Under the pieces are notes generated by a model, which worked only from the letters and a program-made list of their open reading frames with translations, made no database searches and had not been told where the DNA came from. A stretch of 64,000 nt of DNA from Catajapyx aquilonaris (lineage: Eukaryota): NCBI GenBank assembly GCA_000934665.2, contig JYFJ02000499.1:62001-126000 (forward strand), written 5' to 3'. Each line of letters opens with the position of its first letter. Within the stretch, counting starts at the first letter, position 1. Shown piece after piece: positions 1-12,500 of this stretch. The position numbers and the translations under genes are program-made.

Positions 1-3000
1 GGCTAACGCCAAGTTGGAGACATCAAATCGTATGGTTTTTGTGTGGGCGAAGGGAAAAAAGAGAAAAGAAAAAAAGGCATGTTCGGTGCTTGACGAGATG
101 CACATTACATGGAATGTGCACTACCAGCCAAATAAAAAATATTACTGCAGCAGTTGCGAGTGTGTAAATCGCATCTGCAAGTCCAAATAATAATTGCAAT
201 GAAAGTGATGGCCTTTTGAAGCTGTTTATGTCTATTACAGTAGGCTATCAGTGACTTGCTTGTTGACTCAAAAAGTTTAATTCCGCATACCCACCAATTT
301 TGTGCTGGACTTGTGCCCTTGGTATACATGTTGGTTCAAGCAGTTATTAACCCGAACTGATGGAAAGTGAAAGGTGCAAGGTTATTCCAACCTTCGCATG
401 ACAGTTTCAAACTCGGAATTTCATCATTCTAGTGACAGGTTTATAATGTCGACCACCCTAATTTAACTAATTCGTCGGTTCAGCGCGCAGCGCTAGTTAA
501 ATTAGATTTGGACTTGATTATGTATCCTTTGATATAATTAATAATGCAAAATTAGTAATGATGTGCCTTTAATAACAATAATAATCAAAATAATAATAAC
601 GGATTAGCTATCAATATGCAATGATGATCATTATGTAATTTTTGGCGGGTGGAATATGATACCCCTACATGCTATTGAATCTCCTCAGTTAAGTCAAAAT
701 CAATTGGTACAATAATGTGGATTTTCCCTAATATCTTTTAGAGGATTTCAGACACATTGGTACCGTATACCTGAGGACATGTCGAGCATACTTACTCCAA
801 ACCACTTGCTAACGCTGCAACGCTCATGTAAATTGCAACCAAAGTCCTTCACTTCTAATGCAATCCCCATTCGTCCCCGTTTAATTTTCGAGCAATTAGG
901 GCTTTAAAAAATAAGTGGGGGGAAATAAGCGGAAGGCCCTTTAAAAAAAATAGCAGCACCTGTTTCCAAATGTTTTTCCAGGCTGCGTTTAATATCCATG
1001 AAAGGGGGCGGAATCAAGCCCAGCAGCCCAGAATATTCAGTTGACAGTGATCATTAAGTGGAGGGAGGGGGGGGGGGGGNGGGCTCTGTTGTTTTTTGGG
1101 AGTGTGGGCGCAGCCGTCTTTTATTAGACTCCTACCCATGCACCTCACCCTATACTTTTCCATCTCCTCTGGGAATATATAGGAGCCCACTTTCCACTCC
1201 GGGAAACTCGTCAGCTGAACCGAAAAGCGCGCCTGTTTCATATTTAAATAGCTCGCGAAGGAAAACGAGTGTGAAAAATGAGGCATTAGCCGGACTGCGC
1301 ACAGTATAATCCCTTTTCTCATCTGGTGAGTCGTGGCGCGGGAAAAGAAAAATGTGTGTGTATATAAAAGAGAAGAACTCTCGTCTCCAGCAAGTGGAGC
1401 ATTTGCTCAAGCGATTTTCTGATGAGGATCAACTATTTATCCGCCAGCAAGATCTGGCCATTTAGGCTCCCACCTGCTCCTAAGAGAGGCTGCATGGAGA
1501 TAAATTAATAGAATTAATAGTTTTTTTTCCCTTAATTTGTGTTCATTTAATATGCGTTTTGTACAGTACGAGCCCAAATTGCTCAATTATGAATATTATG
1601 ATTGTAAAAAAAATCAGGAATTCTCTCTTACTTTCTGTGCATTTAGCGTTAAATAGATAATAGTGCATTTATTGCATCGTGAAAAGAGGCAACATTGCCC
1701 GAAGGAACACCCTGTACTTGGACCTGATCTGAACTATAAACTGCGGCTGAAATCAATCACCAGATTGTTATCAAGCTATTTTAGGCTTAGGTACGTAGCT
1801 TATGTGTACTCAGTTTCATGGAGATAAACACCCATAAATCATCTGCACTAGCCAGCAGTAGGCGCAATCTCAATTTTTCGGTAATTCCTTGATGTATACG
1901 TTGCTCGTAAATAACGCTGCACCCAATTACTGCTGCTGGCGCACATGATGGCATAACCTTTTTTTAGAAACATTACCGACACTCCCGGTAATTTAACTTC
2001 TACTTACCTACCCTGTCATTGCTTTAACTAAAGCGATGAACCTAACGAAATGATTTGGCATGCTCATTTCATGTCAGAAAAGCTTCCATTTGTGTTGTCA
2101 TGGCAGATCAAATACATCCATCTCCCCGTTTGTAGGAGTGAAGGAATGAATTGTTTTGTAGCAGGAACGAACTGAATGTTTTCATTGAACATGCCTAAAA
2201 TGGATTGATGGAACTGTGCAAAACCAGAGGCGGAAAAAAAATTCCGCTGCGTTGCGTGTAACGACCTTTGTACATTTCCCTGTGTACTGTACCGAGAGTA
2301 GTACAGTGCCATTGCACGCTCTGCCCGAGTTAAAAATAACAAACGTGCAATTCGCGATATGAAAGAGCTGGGAGGAGGTGCATATATTGACTTGTGTATT
2401 TTTAGCGCACATCACTGCCAACTTTCTATGCAACTGATGATTTCGCCATTGTGCAATATCAGATTCGTGCTGATTACTCAGACGTGAGTGCATTTGACGT
2501 GAAAACCTATTTGCATACATTAAAGTTGGCATTACAGTTCCAATAATTGCTCATTGGGGCCGCACTTCATCCTTTGTGGCGGCAAACTTTGTTAGAGACG
2601 AATGTAGCGCAATATTCTGAGGGTGGGGGTGAGTTGGGTGGGGGTGGGGGTGGGGGCTTAATTACTAGACTAACAGAGTGATAGAGAAGCTGCGAGGTCC
2701 AAGTTCAGCCGGATACGGCCCCGAGACGACGTCTTTGAAATATTAAAACTTGTAAAAGCTCCGTTTCCGCAGTTGCGGATCCAACCCAGCCTTACCTAAT
2801 AAATCATAGAGATGGTTCTGCGGGTGCAGCCGCCTTTTACGTGATGATTAAACGCTGCTTCAAACGACATGCGCACCGATCACACAAATCAGCAAAAAAA
2901 TCAGTACAAAAATGTGTAGGAAAAGAAAATGGCTGCGTGTAGTATACCTAGATGCGCATGCGTGTGTCGCGAGCGTCCGGATCGCGCGAAATCGCACTAT

Positions 3001-3429
3001 ACTCACACACAAAAAATTGTCGCGCCATTTCTCTCCCAGCAGTTCTCTTTTATCGCCAAATACGTAACTTTGCCTTTGGCTGGGGTCCATCCGGCTTGTT
3101 TACCAACACGGGATTGCATCATGCAGTTCACGCTACACTGTATGGAGTGAGTTGTGGCGATAAAATGTGGCGGCGCGGCTTGGATAACCCCGAGCACGCC
3201 GACAGACCTGTAATTCACTCATGGAAATTTGCAAAAAAAAAAGAAAAAAATTGCGAACCTCCTCCCCTTTTACCAGCTCTCCCTCTAACCACCCCCCTCA
3301 GGCCTTGCAATGGACCAATGACCGTGCACTGGAGGAGAAAATTATGTGTATGAATATAGAGGGGGTGTTGTGGTTCGGATGGGGGGTGGGGGGAACAGGA
3401 AAATGATGCAACTTGCATTGCTTGTAAAG

Positions 3430-3435
3430 TCAGTG
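3430..3435 (+). promoter_or_regulatory. Candidate arthropod initiator (TCAGT) for the LpR first exon
   Basis: TCAGTG about 40 nt upstream of the signal-peptide ATG, preceded by G-rich tracts. Confidence 0.35.
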
Positions 3436-3471
3436 CGGAGGTGGGCTCCGATTAGAGTGTGTCCAGACATC

Positions 3472-3583
3472 ATGAAGGCGACTTGTGCTTATTTTGCTGG
3501 GCTGATGACAATAGCCATGTACCTGCTTGCGATTGGTACAGCCCCGGGAATCCACGCCAGAGAGGACAACGCGATCCCACCGG
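3472..3583 (+). CDS. LpR: LpR first coding exon (signal peptide)
   Basis: ACATC-ATG, then [37 protein letters not shown] with a hydrophobic core and I-H-A cleavage site. Phase-1 donor G|GTATGT at 3584 matches the phase-1 acceptor at 24434. Confidence 0.72.
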
Positions 3584-6500
3584 GTATGTCCATTGTTGCG
3601 ATTATATAGGATCATTGTTAACGTTGATTTTTGCAAGTTGGCTGGAATTTTGATTTAAACTTAGGAGGAAATACATTTCTGCCAAAAAAAATTTGCGGGA
3701 TTGGCTGATATTTTTCTGGAGTGCTCCCCTGCTGGTTGGTCGACTCTGATTTAGCAATCGCACAGTTAGGCCCGATTTAGCGAAGCAGTGGCCCGAGTTT
3801 GAGTCGAGTTCCGATTGCATCCATGGTTGCAAAGTGTAGAAAACGGGTCCCTGCTCTCTCAAAGCTGCCTTCCGGGATTTGAATGCATCAGGAGTTCATT
3901 TGGGAGGAGGCTTTATCGGCACTCTGGGTATGTAACTTGGCGGAGAGGAGGGCGGGGGGGGGACTCTATTGAAATTTTGGGGTGGGCCAGAGGACCGTCG
4001 CGCCGCTTTCAAGGAAGAAGCGCATGAAAAATGCAAACGAGATGCATGGGAAGCAAATGAAGGGGGGGGAGACTCGCCCCCGCTCCAAATTCCCCCCACC
4101 CCCCAAATTTTTTCCAGTAAGCATGGGACCATCTTCCTTCTGCTACCACACACTAGTATAGTCAGCAGATTTCCAAATGAAGCATCAGAATTCAGGGAAG
4201 GGAGTTGAGAGAGGTCAAAGGTTGAAGGGAGGAGATCGGGTTGCAATGTATGTGATCCCGTACAGGTGCAGCCAACTCGTAGGCATATAAAAATCTGTAT
4301 CGCACCGAGAGAAGATTGGATTACAGTCTGCTTGCACACAGAGCAGAATTTGTAATGTGAATCTCCCCCTGAGGAACTTATTGGGCGTGAAAATGATCAT
4401 AAAAATTTGCGAGAGTCGGAAAATTTTAATGGAGCTAAAAAAAAAAGCAACATATGGGGCCTCCGGGTGTTGAATCAGGATCGTGACTGCTAAAAATATT
4501 TTGTAGACACTAAAAATATCCGCCAGTGTTTATTTAGCAAGCGAGGAGTGCAAGGATTATTATTACGTTTAAAAAAAACGAGAATATTGACCTGTTGCTT
4601 ATATAGAGCGATGTTATTTCCAATAAATATTTGACACGATTTTAAAGTGAATCATAAAGTCCTTTTTGCAAACGTACTTAATTTTCGCTAATGCATTTCG
4701 CATGTAGTGACTATTGCAACAGGTAGCTGACGAATATAAGGAGTTGAGGGCACGAACTTTAAAATAATGTCAGTAACTTCGACGAATTCTGACGCCATAA
4801 GGATTGAAAACAACTAAAAATAATTAGAATATCTAATTATAACAGCATAGTAATTACGTACATTGCACTGGCATGTGATGAATTGCTTTTGTCTTTGAAA
4901 GTTAAACTTAGCATCAATTATAAGTTTCTGCATCGGGTGAATGAAAGTGTACTACAAGTGACCCACTTTTTAATTGATGGTTTGCAAATAGAACATGCTC
5001 ACCGATATGTTTTTCTCAACCAAACGAGATAAAAAAGCGGGGTCAACAGTTACTACGCACTCGTTTATGAAACACATGAAAATATTATTGAAGCAAAAAA
5101 AAAAAGTCGCGTGGACCTTGCATCATCTACAGAGATTAGAACCACCATTGATCAATCGGAAACGTGCTCGACCTTTAAACAGAATTAGCATAGACATATC
5201 TCCAGCCCAAAAAAGTTAGCTCTCGAGGTAAACAAGGTGCGGATAAATCCCATATTGTTACTGCTTCCAAGTTATACCAAACGTGACTAGATTCTAACCA
5301 ATTTTTTTCTCTCACCTTATTCTTCTTTTTACCCGATTTCTTCTTCTTTTCCCCCTCTCTCCCCATGGCCGTGGAAGTTGACATTTTGGGGGAAGTCTCT
5401 GGGGAATAACCTAGGTCTCCTGCCGCGGCATGCCGGTGGACTTGCAAACCTTCAGATGGTTGCAAGCCTCGGAGAGCCTTTTCTGCCCCCCTTCCCCTTC
5501 CAAAAAAAAGAGGTACAGAAGTCAAGATTTATCTGGTTGAAAATCCGTGCCGTGTGTGCGAATGGACACATTTGGCGAGTGCAGGAAAAACCGGTCTCCA
5601 AGTCAGATTCACGGATGATCGGCAAAGCGTGTGCTCCCAAGTTTTTTTTTTCTCCACCCTACTCCTGGAAACCTTATTCAATGGGCAGGCTCCAGGAGGA
5701 CTGAGATTTCCAGGACTTTTTTTTCCGCACGGCAGAAAGTGGGTTTCCCAAAAAATATGAAAAACTCAAGTTTCGTCGAGTTTCAAACATGCCCTCATTT
5801 TTACCACACTTGAAAATTACGAATATATACACTCTCTTTGTTCAAAAAAAATGAAGCAAACTGCACTGGTCAGACACTAGATTTTACACTAAAATATTAA
5901 ACAATTTTTTAGGAAAACCCATACAGTCTGCAATGGAAATTCTCGTTAAATTAACAAGTTCTGTTCGAACATCATAAGTAAAAAAAATGCTGCTATTGAA
6001 CCACTGTTATGTGTAATTCTTTTTGAGATCCACATGGCTAAAAATGTATCAAGCGAGAGCGAATATTTCGTCGCGAATATATGTGCGGTCATATAATAGC
6101 AGATGATAGCATTATTGTTATTCACTTTAGCGCATAATCACTGCTGACGCACATCCACGGGGGTCAGCCAGGTGCACAGCAGCGTACGTAATAAATATGT
6201 GCCGACGAGCAGTTTAAAAGAACTATAGTACTCCAGGCATGTATTGCACACATGGTATGCTACCCGCATTTTGTCCGGTGCAAAATTGTAAATTGGCAGC
6301 GCTTCGCTCACACGCCAATCAAAACATGATTGAGTGCAATTTAGCAAAGAGAGGCGTTATGGAGATAACCAGCACGCAGCGCGGTTAAAAGATTGAGCGG
6401 ATAGCGTGAAAAATTGAGCCAGCGTTTGTTTGGAGGGGGGAAAATTGTTTCGCACAAACCCGACTGTAACAATTAAGCTGAGTGCTGGTCTGAATATGTT

Positions 6501-9500
6501 TTCTGGAGAGAGCCAATCAGCCGGAAAGGTAGGGATGCGCCAAATATATTCTGAAAGTTCTACGTGGAAAAATAGCGGTTTTGTGTTGCTTTTTTTTGGG
6601 GTGGTAAGGTGAACAAGGCATGAATATCAATTAAGCAAGGGCCGTCGGAACCCTCCAGCACTTGAACGCGGGCTGGGCGAATATGAGCCGATTTGGCGGT
6701 GACAAGTATAGGCCTACCGGGGTGCTAATGAGCGTGAAGTAGGGCCATAAATACGCTGCAAATGTCCGGATATTCCCTCGCTCGCATGAAAGATTAATTC
6801 CATAATTTTTGGGACGGATTATGGCGCCGTTTACCTGCAAATCCCTTAACGAGGGGGGAGCCGGACCCGCTAGTTGAAGGGCCGTTGCAATGCTGCTGCG
6901 GTCATGCAAAACGGTCGGACCCCGATGCGGCATCGGTGTCAACAACTGCAGGGATTTGTAAAAGTACATAAGGCTTCATCCCAAACCCCCACAGAGAGAA
7001 GGGTGGGGGTGGTGACAGTCGCAATTTCCGATCGCTTTTGATATATGCCATGTCCTATGCGCTATTAATTATTTTTAGATGCTTTGTACGCTTCGCAGTA
7101 CCCACAGCATATAACTTCTCAAAAAAGGGCGGCCTCTGCTCCACTAATCAGATCGCTCCTTGGTGTAAATATTTTGATCTGTGGTTAATAAGCCATACAC
7201 GGTCGAGTTTCAAAAGAGCATTTCTTTTGTACAGCACTGTACCCACCAATCTGATTGGTGGAGAAGCGGGTGGGGAGGCATCTGCATTCTGCTCCACCAA
7301 TCAGATCAGTGGTACAGTGATGCACAAAAGAAATGCTCTTTTGAAACCCTACGGTGTATGGCTTAATATTTAGGACATGCCTTTTTTTAAATACGTTAGG
7401 ATGTGGACACTTTAAGTAGCGCCAAATTGTTAAAATTTACATTAACATTTAATTCCAACACAGAAACCAAAATTTGCAACACATTAACAATTAATTTTTG
7501 TGTATGAACAACATTCGCATACCTGCAGCACGGTTGGGTTTAATAATTAGCCGTGTTAATCAATTATTGACATAATTGTACAACATAAATGAGCGTCCCC
7601 ATAAATACTGTGTGGGAAATACAGTTCGACATAATATTGTTTTCCGGCATGTGTATGTGAGTGCATATTTTATCCGGAAGGTCAGTTGACCTATATACTG
7701 AAGTAAACAACCAGCCGCAATTTGCGGGGGAAAAAATTGACGCCGGACAAGGACATGTCCATGGATGCAGCATTTAATGCGTAAATAAGCCCTGTCTGCA
7801 AGCGCCGCTTTTTAAATGGTCGTTAGGCTCCTGCTGCAGGTGGCGTCGTCGTCGTCTGATGTAAGGAGCGTCGTTGGGAAGGGCTCGGGAAATGTTCGTC
7901 GGTTCCCCTTTTTGCGGCATATGCGGAGGACGTTTTCTCCACGTCGCGTTTGGCATCAGCAGACATGGCACTTCATGCCAGCCAAAACTAGAGAAAGAGG
8001 CGGGACAGACGCCGCTAATGGCCTCCTATACGACCCAACCGGCAAGACCCTCAACTTTCATAACTAGTTCAGAATAGTGCTGATTAACTCCCCCAGCGGC
8101 GGTGGTCCGGATCATACGAAATTACGAGCCAGGTTTATATACCACCAGCCGGGATGGAATTTGGGCATCAGGCATTGTCGTGTAGCAAGAAAGTGACATG
8201 TCCAAATCCTATCTGGAAGAATTGCCTTGTTCCCAGGCGGCCCCGCAGCGATATGAAATGCGACACAAAAGTAATCTTTGTCCGGTGCTGCACAAACATT
8301 TTCCTGGGGGGCCCTAGAGGGGAGAGTCCACCGGATTTTGTTAGGTTTCCGGATTCCCTCGGTCACGCCTTGGTAGTATAGGAGCCATGGGAAATTCGAC
8401 TTCTTTCTATATAGGGAACGCCAAAAAAAAAGTTTCAGGAAAAGTCCTTCGGCGGCATCGAGTTGAGATGCAAATTACAGTCTACGGATCGGTGTCGTTG
8501 ATGAGTTACGGCCTATCGGATCCACTTTCACCCTTGGTGTAATAGCCACCCTGGCTCTCTCAAGGGAAGGTTGCTTGGCCACAGGAGTGGCTATCAGTTT
8601 GCATTATAGACTTGCAATATTAACTTTTCGAGCTGTTGGACCGCAAAAAGTTGCAGAGCCGCACTATCAGCAACCGAGGTAGAAAACAGGGTCGCGCGGC
8701 ATTTATGCATTATTTTCAAGAGAGAGCGAGAGAGTCAGCCTTGTGTCGCAAATTTCGAATTAAATTTTCGGAGGCAGCAGGCAGGATGTGGTAACTGGAG
8801 GATTGCAGAACTGCTCAGCTTTTGATTAAGCGGTTTTCCTCGTTGTGAAGGCGAGCTAATCACATCCGAGACAGAAGTTCGGGTTCACTGCACAACTCAC
8901 CTAGGAAATATACGCGAATTTGAAACTATCAGAGAGCATTTAATTAATTTCCATAATCACGTTTCAGTCACCAATTTATAATGATCGTCCTGCACTTTGG
9001 TCGACTCTACTTTTTTTGGAGATGAAACCACCTATGGAGTAGGGCACTTTTGCTGGGGCCGGACTATAGGTCGGTGGGTAGCCAAATAGCCCCAGGGTAG
9101 TAAGTAATGTTGAGTGCAGCAGTCAAGTTAATCATCGGAGAGCGCGGCCGGAAAAGGGCCCGAAGCAGGCCGCCTATAAAGCAGGACGATAGAAGGACAG
9201 AGAGGCTTGGCTGCTATGCTCCTGGTGCTGGGGTGATGTCGAATCCGACCTTCGTTCTGCTGCAGTTTCATGATGGGGGAGGCCTCGTTTCGCAGGGCCG
9301 CAATTTCCAAAGCGATTAGAACCTTATCAGAGCCATCAAGGCGGCGGAGAATTGGCTATCGGGGATAATGACGATGGGGGCGGAGAAGGGGAAGGGTTGG
9401 TATCCAGCACCAGACCATGCCTGCAGGATTGGCCTATCCGCAGCCTCTTGTTATGCTGTTCATGCAGCCTCCCTTCCGCGGTTTCATCAACTTGCAGATC

Positions 9501-12500
9501 TCTTCATGGAAAGAAAAAAAAGGAGGGGGCGAAGATGGCTTCACTCACCGGTTTTTTGGCAACCGAAAAACGTCTTCTGACAACCGACCGCACGATTGAT
9601 TTATCGGTGTCACACCGGCTCTATTTTTCTTTAAAAACTTTTTTTTTGAAACGGGGCGGTGGGTTTTAATACAGAAAGTTGTGTCATTTGTTTCGACAGA
9701 AGGATTTGGTCTGGGAGCTGGATTGGTCGAAACAAAGGTAATTGTGGCGGTGGTGATTGATTGCCCTGCGGTTGGTCCTGATACTGACATCGGATATATA
9801 GAGTGCAACCAATCTGGGGGTGTTAGATAGCTGGGGGGAAGGGAGGATAAATCATTAGCTGCAGGAGTGATAAAGTGACGGGACTACCCGGATCTGGACG
9901 ACCGGCTGAAAGTTTTGTGTCATTAGAAAAGCTGAGAAATACAGATTGCATAATAATAATTGTGTCATCTACCTTTGGGTTATAATCGAGTGCAAGATCC
10001 TGTTGTGTGGTGTACCTTGTGGCGTAAGACGGTAAGCCTGGTACTGGGAATGTGTGTCCCAGCGGCGACACAAATGGTCACGTTTTGGGGCATTGGCGAA
10101 GCGGAACGAGAGAATTGGGCGAGGCCCTCGCTATAATGCTCCAGCACTTGGGGTCCTCTCCCGGGACAAGCTCTTTACTCAGCCTTGCTTTTGCCTGCGG
10201 CTCCGAGGACTACTCTTCTTTTTTTTTAGAAGTCTCGCTCCCAGGGTTTTGGTCCCAGGGGCCATCTTGGACGCGCTTCGTCTCCACTGCAAGAGGCTCC
10301 CTGGGTCCCACTAATTGACCCATCCTTTGTTCCGGACTTGGCAAAATGTTTATGCCCCGGAAAAAGGGTTTTTTCCATGGAAATAAGTGCACTAGAACCT
10401 TCATTGACTTGAATAGGGCAATGCGAAGGCAAGCAAGGTTCGTATGACCGCTTCTGTTCAAGTGTCACATGGCTTCATGCGTGGGAAAAGTTTTATACTC
10501 ATTTTTTATCTGGTGTCCCGGTGAAGGAGGTTTTTGCCTAGTGGACAGGAAAAGCTGCTCGTCTTATCAACTTCCAGATGATAAGGGAGGTAGATTGACC
10601 CCACATCTCATATGTAACTTTGCGAAAACTGATTAAATTGGCATGATCGTGTAATTGGATCATCGCAATACCTTTTTCATCCGCGATAAAAAGTTGTGGT
10701 CAGCAATATTTTAGTCAGGAGTCGCCTTACATCAGTAGGAAAACCACCCCGAGCTATCACTGCATTATTAGAATATCACGTTGCAACCCTAGCCCTGCCG
10801 AGTAGATAAACAGTTTTCCTGGTACACTGCTTATCTCATGTTTCAAGCGTAATGACCCAGCCTCCTGAATGATATTCCACCGGGCCTGGTTTCTAAGGCT
10901 TTCTGGAGAAGACCCCACCAACGAGGGGTCGATATACCGGCCCTAAAATTGTCCACCAAACCGCAAGAAAAGGGGTGAGGTCACGAGCCTGGAGGTCATC
11001 GACGTCTCCTTAAATCCTCATTTGAAGGCAAAAAAGGTTGAAAGGGCATGAATAGAGGGTAAGACGTCCCGTTGTGGCCTAGCCGACAATGAGACTTGGG
11101 ACGGAAGCAAACGAGAGCATTTCTTGAAGGAGGCTGAGAGGGGAAAGAGGAATCCCAAGAGAGGCAGTTTCTCGGAGAGTTTCCACGGTTTTGTTCGTCA
11201 GCCTATGCAGCAATCTATTCGCTCGAGAAGAGGGGGGGGGGATCCAGGGACAGGAACTCGTGCCAGTTCTGTAATTGCACATTAATGTGACTTTGCCTCT
11301 GCATCTAAGGTGGAATGTCAATAACTTTTCAAGGAGGGCTTGGATATAGCCTTGTTTTAAGAAGATGGGGAGGGAGAGATAGGGGGAAATCCTGCGTGAA
11401 ATTGGGAAGACTCGGAACTGATGTAATCCTGTGAGGGTTGATCCAGCGGAATCCGGTGTCTGAGGGATTCCAGGGGGTGTAATCCCATATTAAGTCATGA
11501 GGAAGGAATGAGCACGATCAGTGGAATCAATGAGTGTTTGGATGATTGCTGGAAATCCATTGGTGGGCATGAGGAGCTAATGAGCGAAACAAATGAGGTC
11601 TTGGATTATCCTATACGGAATCGAGGAGGATTTTGAACATGTGGAAATCCATGTGGAGATAACAGGAAGAATGAACGAGTTTATCTATACCATATACGGT
11701 AATCCATATTCAGTACGAAAAAACGTCCAGGATGATTTTCTCTCAATTCTGAAAACCCTGTGACCTGTGATGTGTAATTTTTTGAAAGCAATGAGTGTTA
11801 CATTCGGACGAGCACTACTCACTCATAATCGAGTGAATTGGCCTCGAGTGAAAAACTTTCAAAAGGGTTTTAATTTCAAGGAGAAGCTTGTGTGAAAATT
11901 ACGCATATTGAGCCAAAAGGTACTCAAAATGTAATCCGTTTAGTTAGGTCATATCGTGCCTAGATTAGTCTGGCCTGTTCCGGTTTTTAAGCTCTCTAAA
12001 GCACGTCAGAAATTGCTAATTTATGGATTAATCAACTGTAAAATCCGGGGAATCCAACAGAATTCGCAGGATTTCCGGCTATCCGATGTAAGATAGAACC
12101 AAGGTGTACGTTTTTGTCGAACGATTACCAGGTCGAAATGGGCTCGGATCCTGGTTTATTGACATCCTCTGGCGAAATGAATTCGGTTCTGAATTTGGCG
12201 GGGGGAAAAAAATAAGAGAGAGAAATTTCTTCCAGCTTGTGATTTCCCTTGCGATAGATGAGCTCGAAGGAAGTTGTGGAAGGAAATCCACTCTCCGGGC
12301 CTGGGCGTATATATCCCAGGCTAAGGCAAAAGTGCTGAGGAAAAAGAAGTTTTGATGCATAAAATATGGGCCCTTGCTTCCTTTACTTGGCCGTTTTGTG
12401 TGGCGTTCCCTCAACTGCACTGCAATATTTGTGTGCAAGTTTTTGTCTTTCTTTTTTCTTCTTCTTTATTTTAAAAAACAAGAAGAAACTAGGACTTCCC

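Noticed and set aside
1061..1083. G-run containing an N, and other G/C-run G-quadruplex candidates such as 2621-2656
   Set aside because: G/C homopolymers are common throughout the window; the N marks sequence uncertainty.
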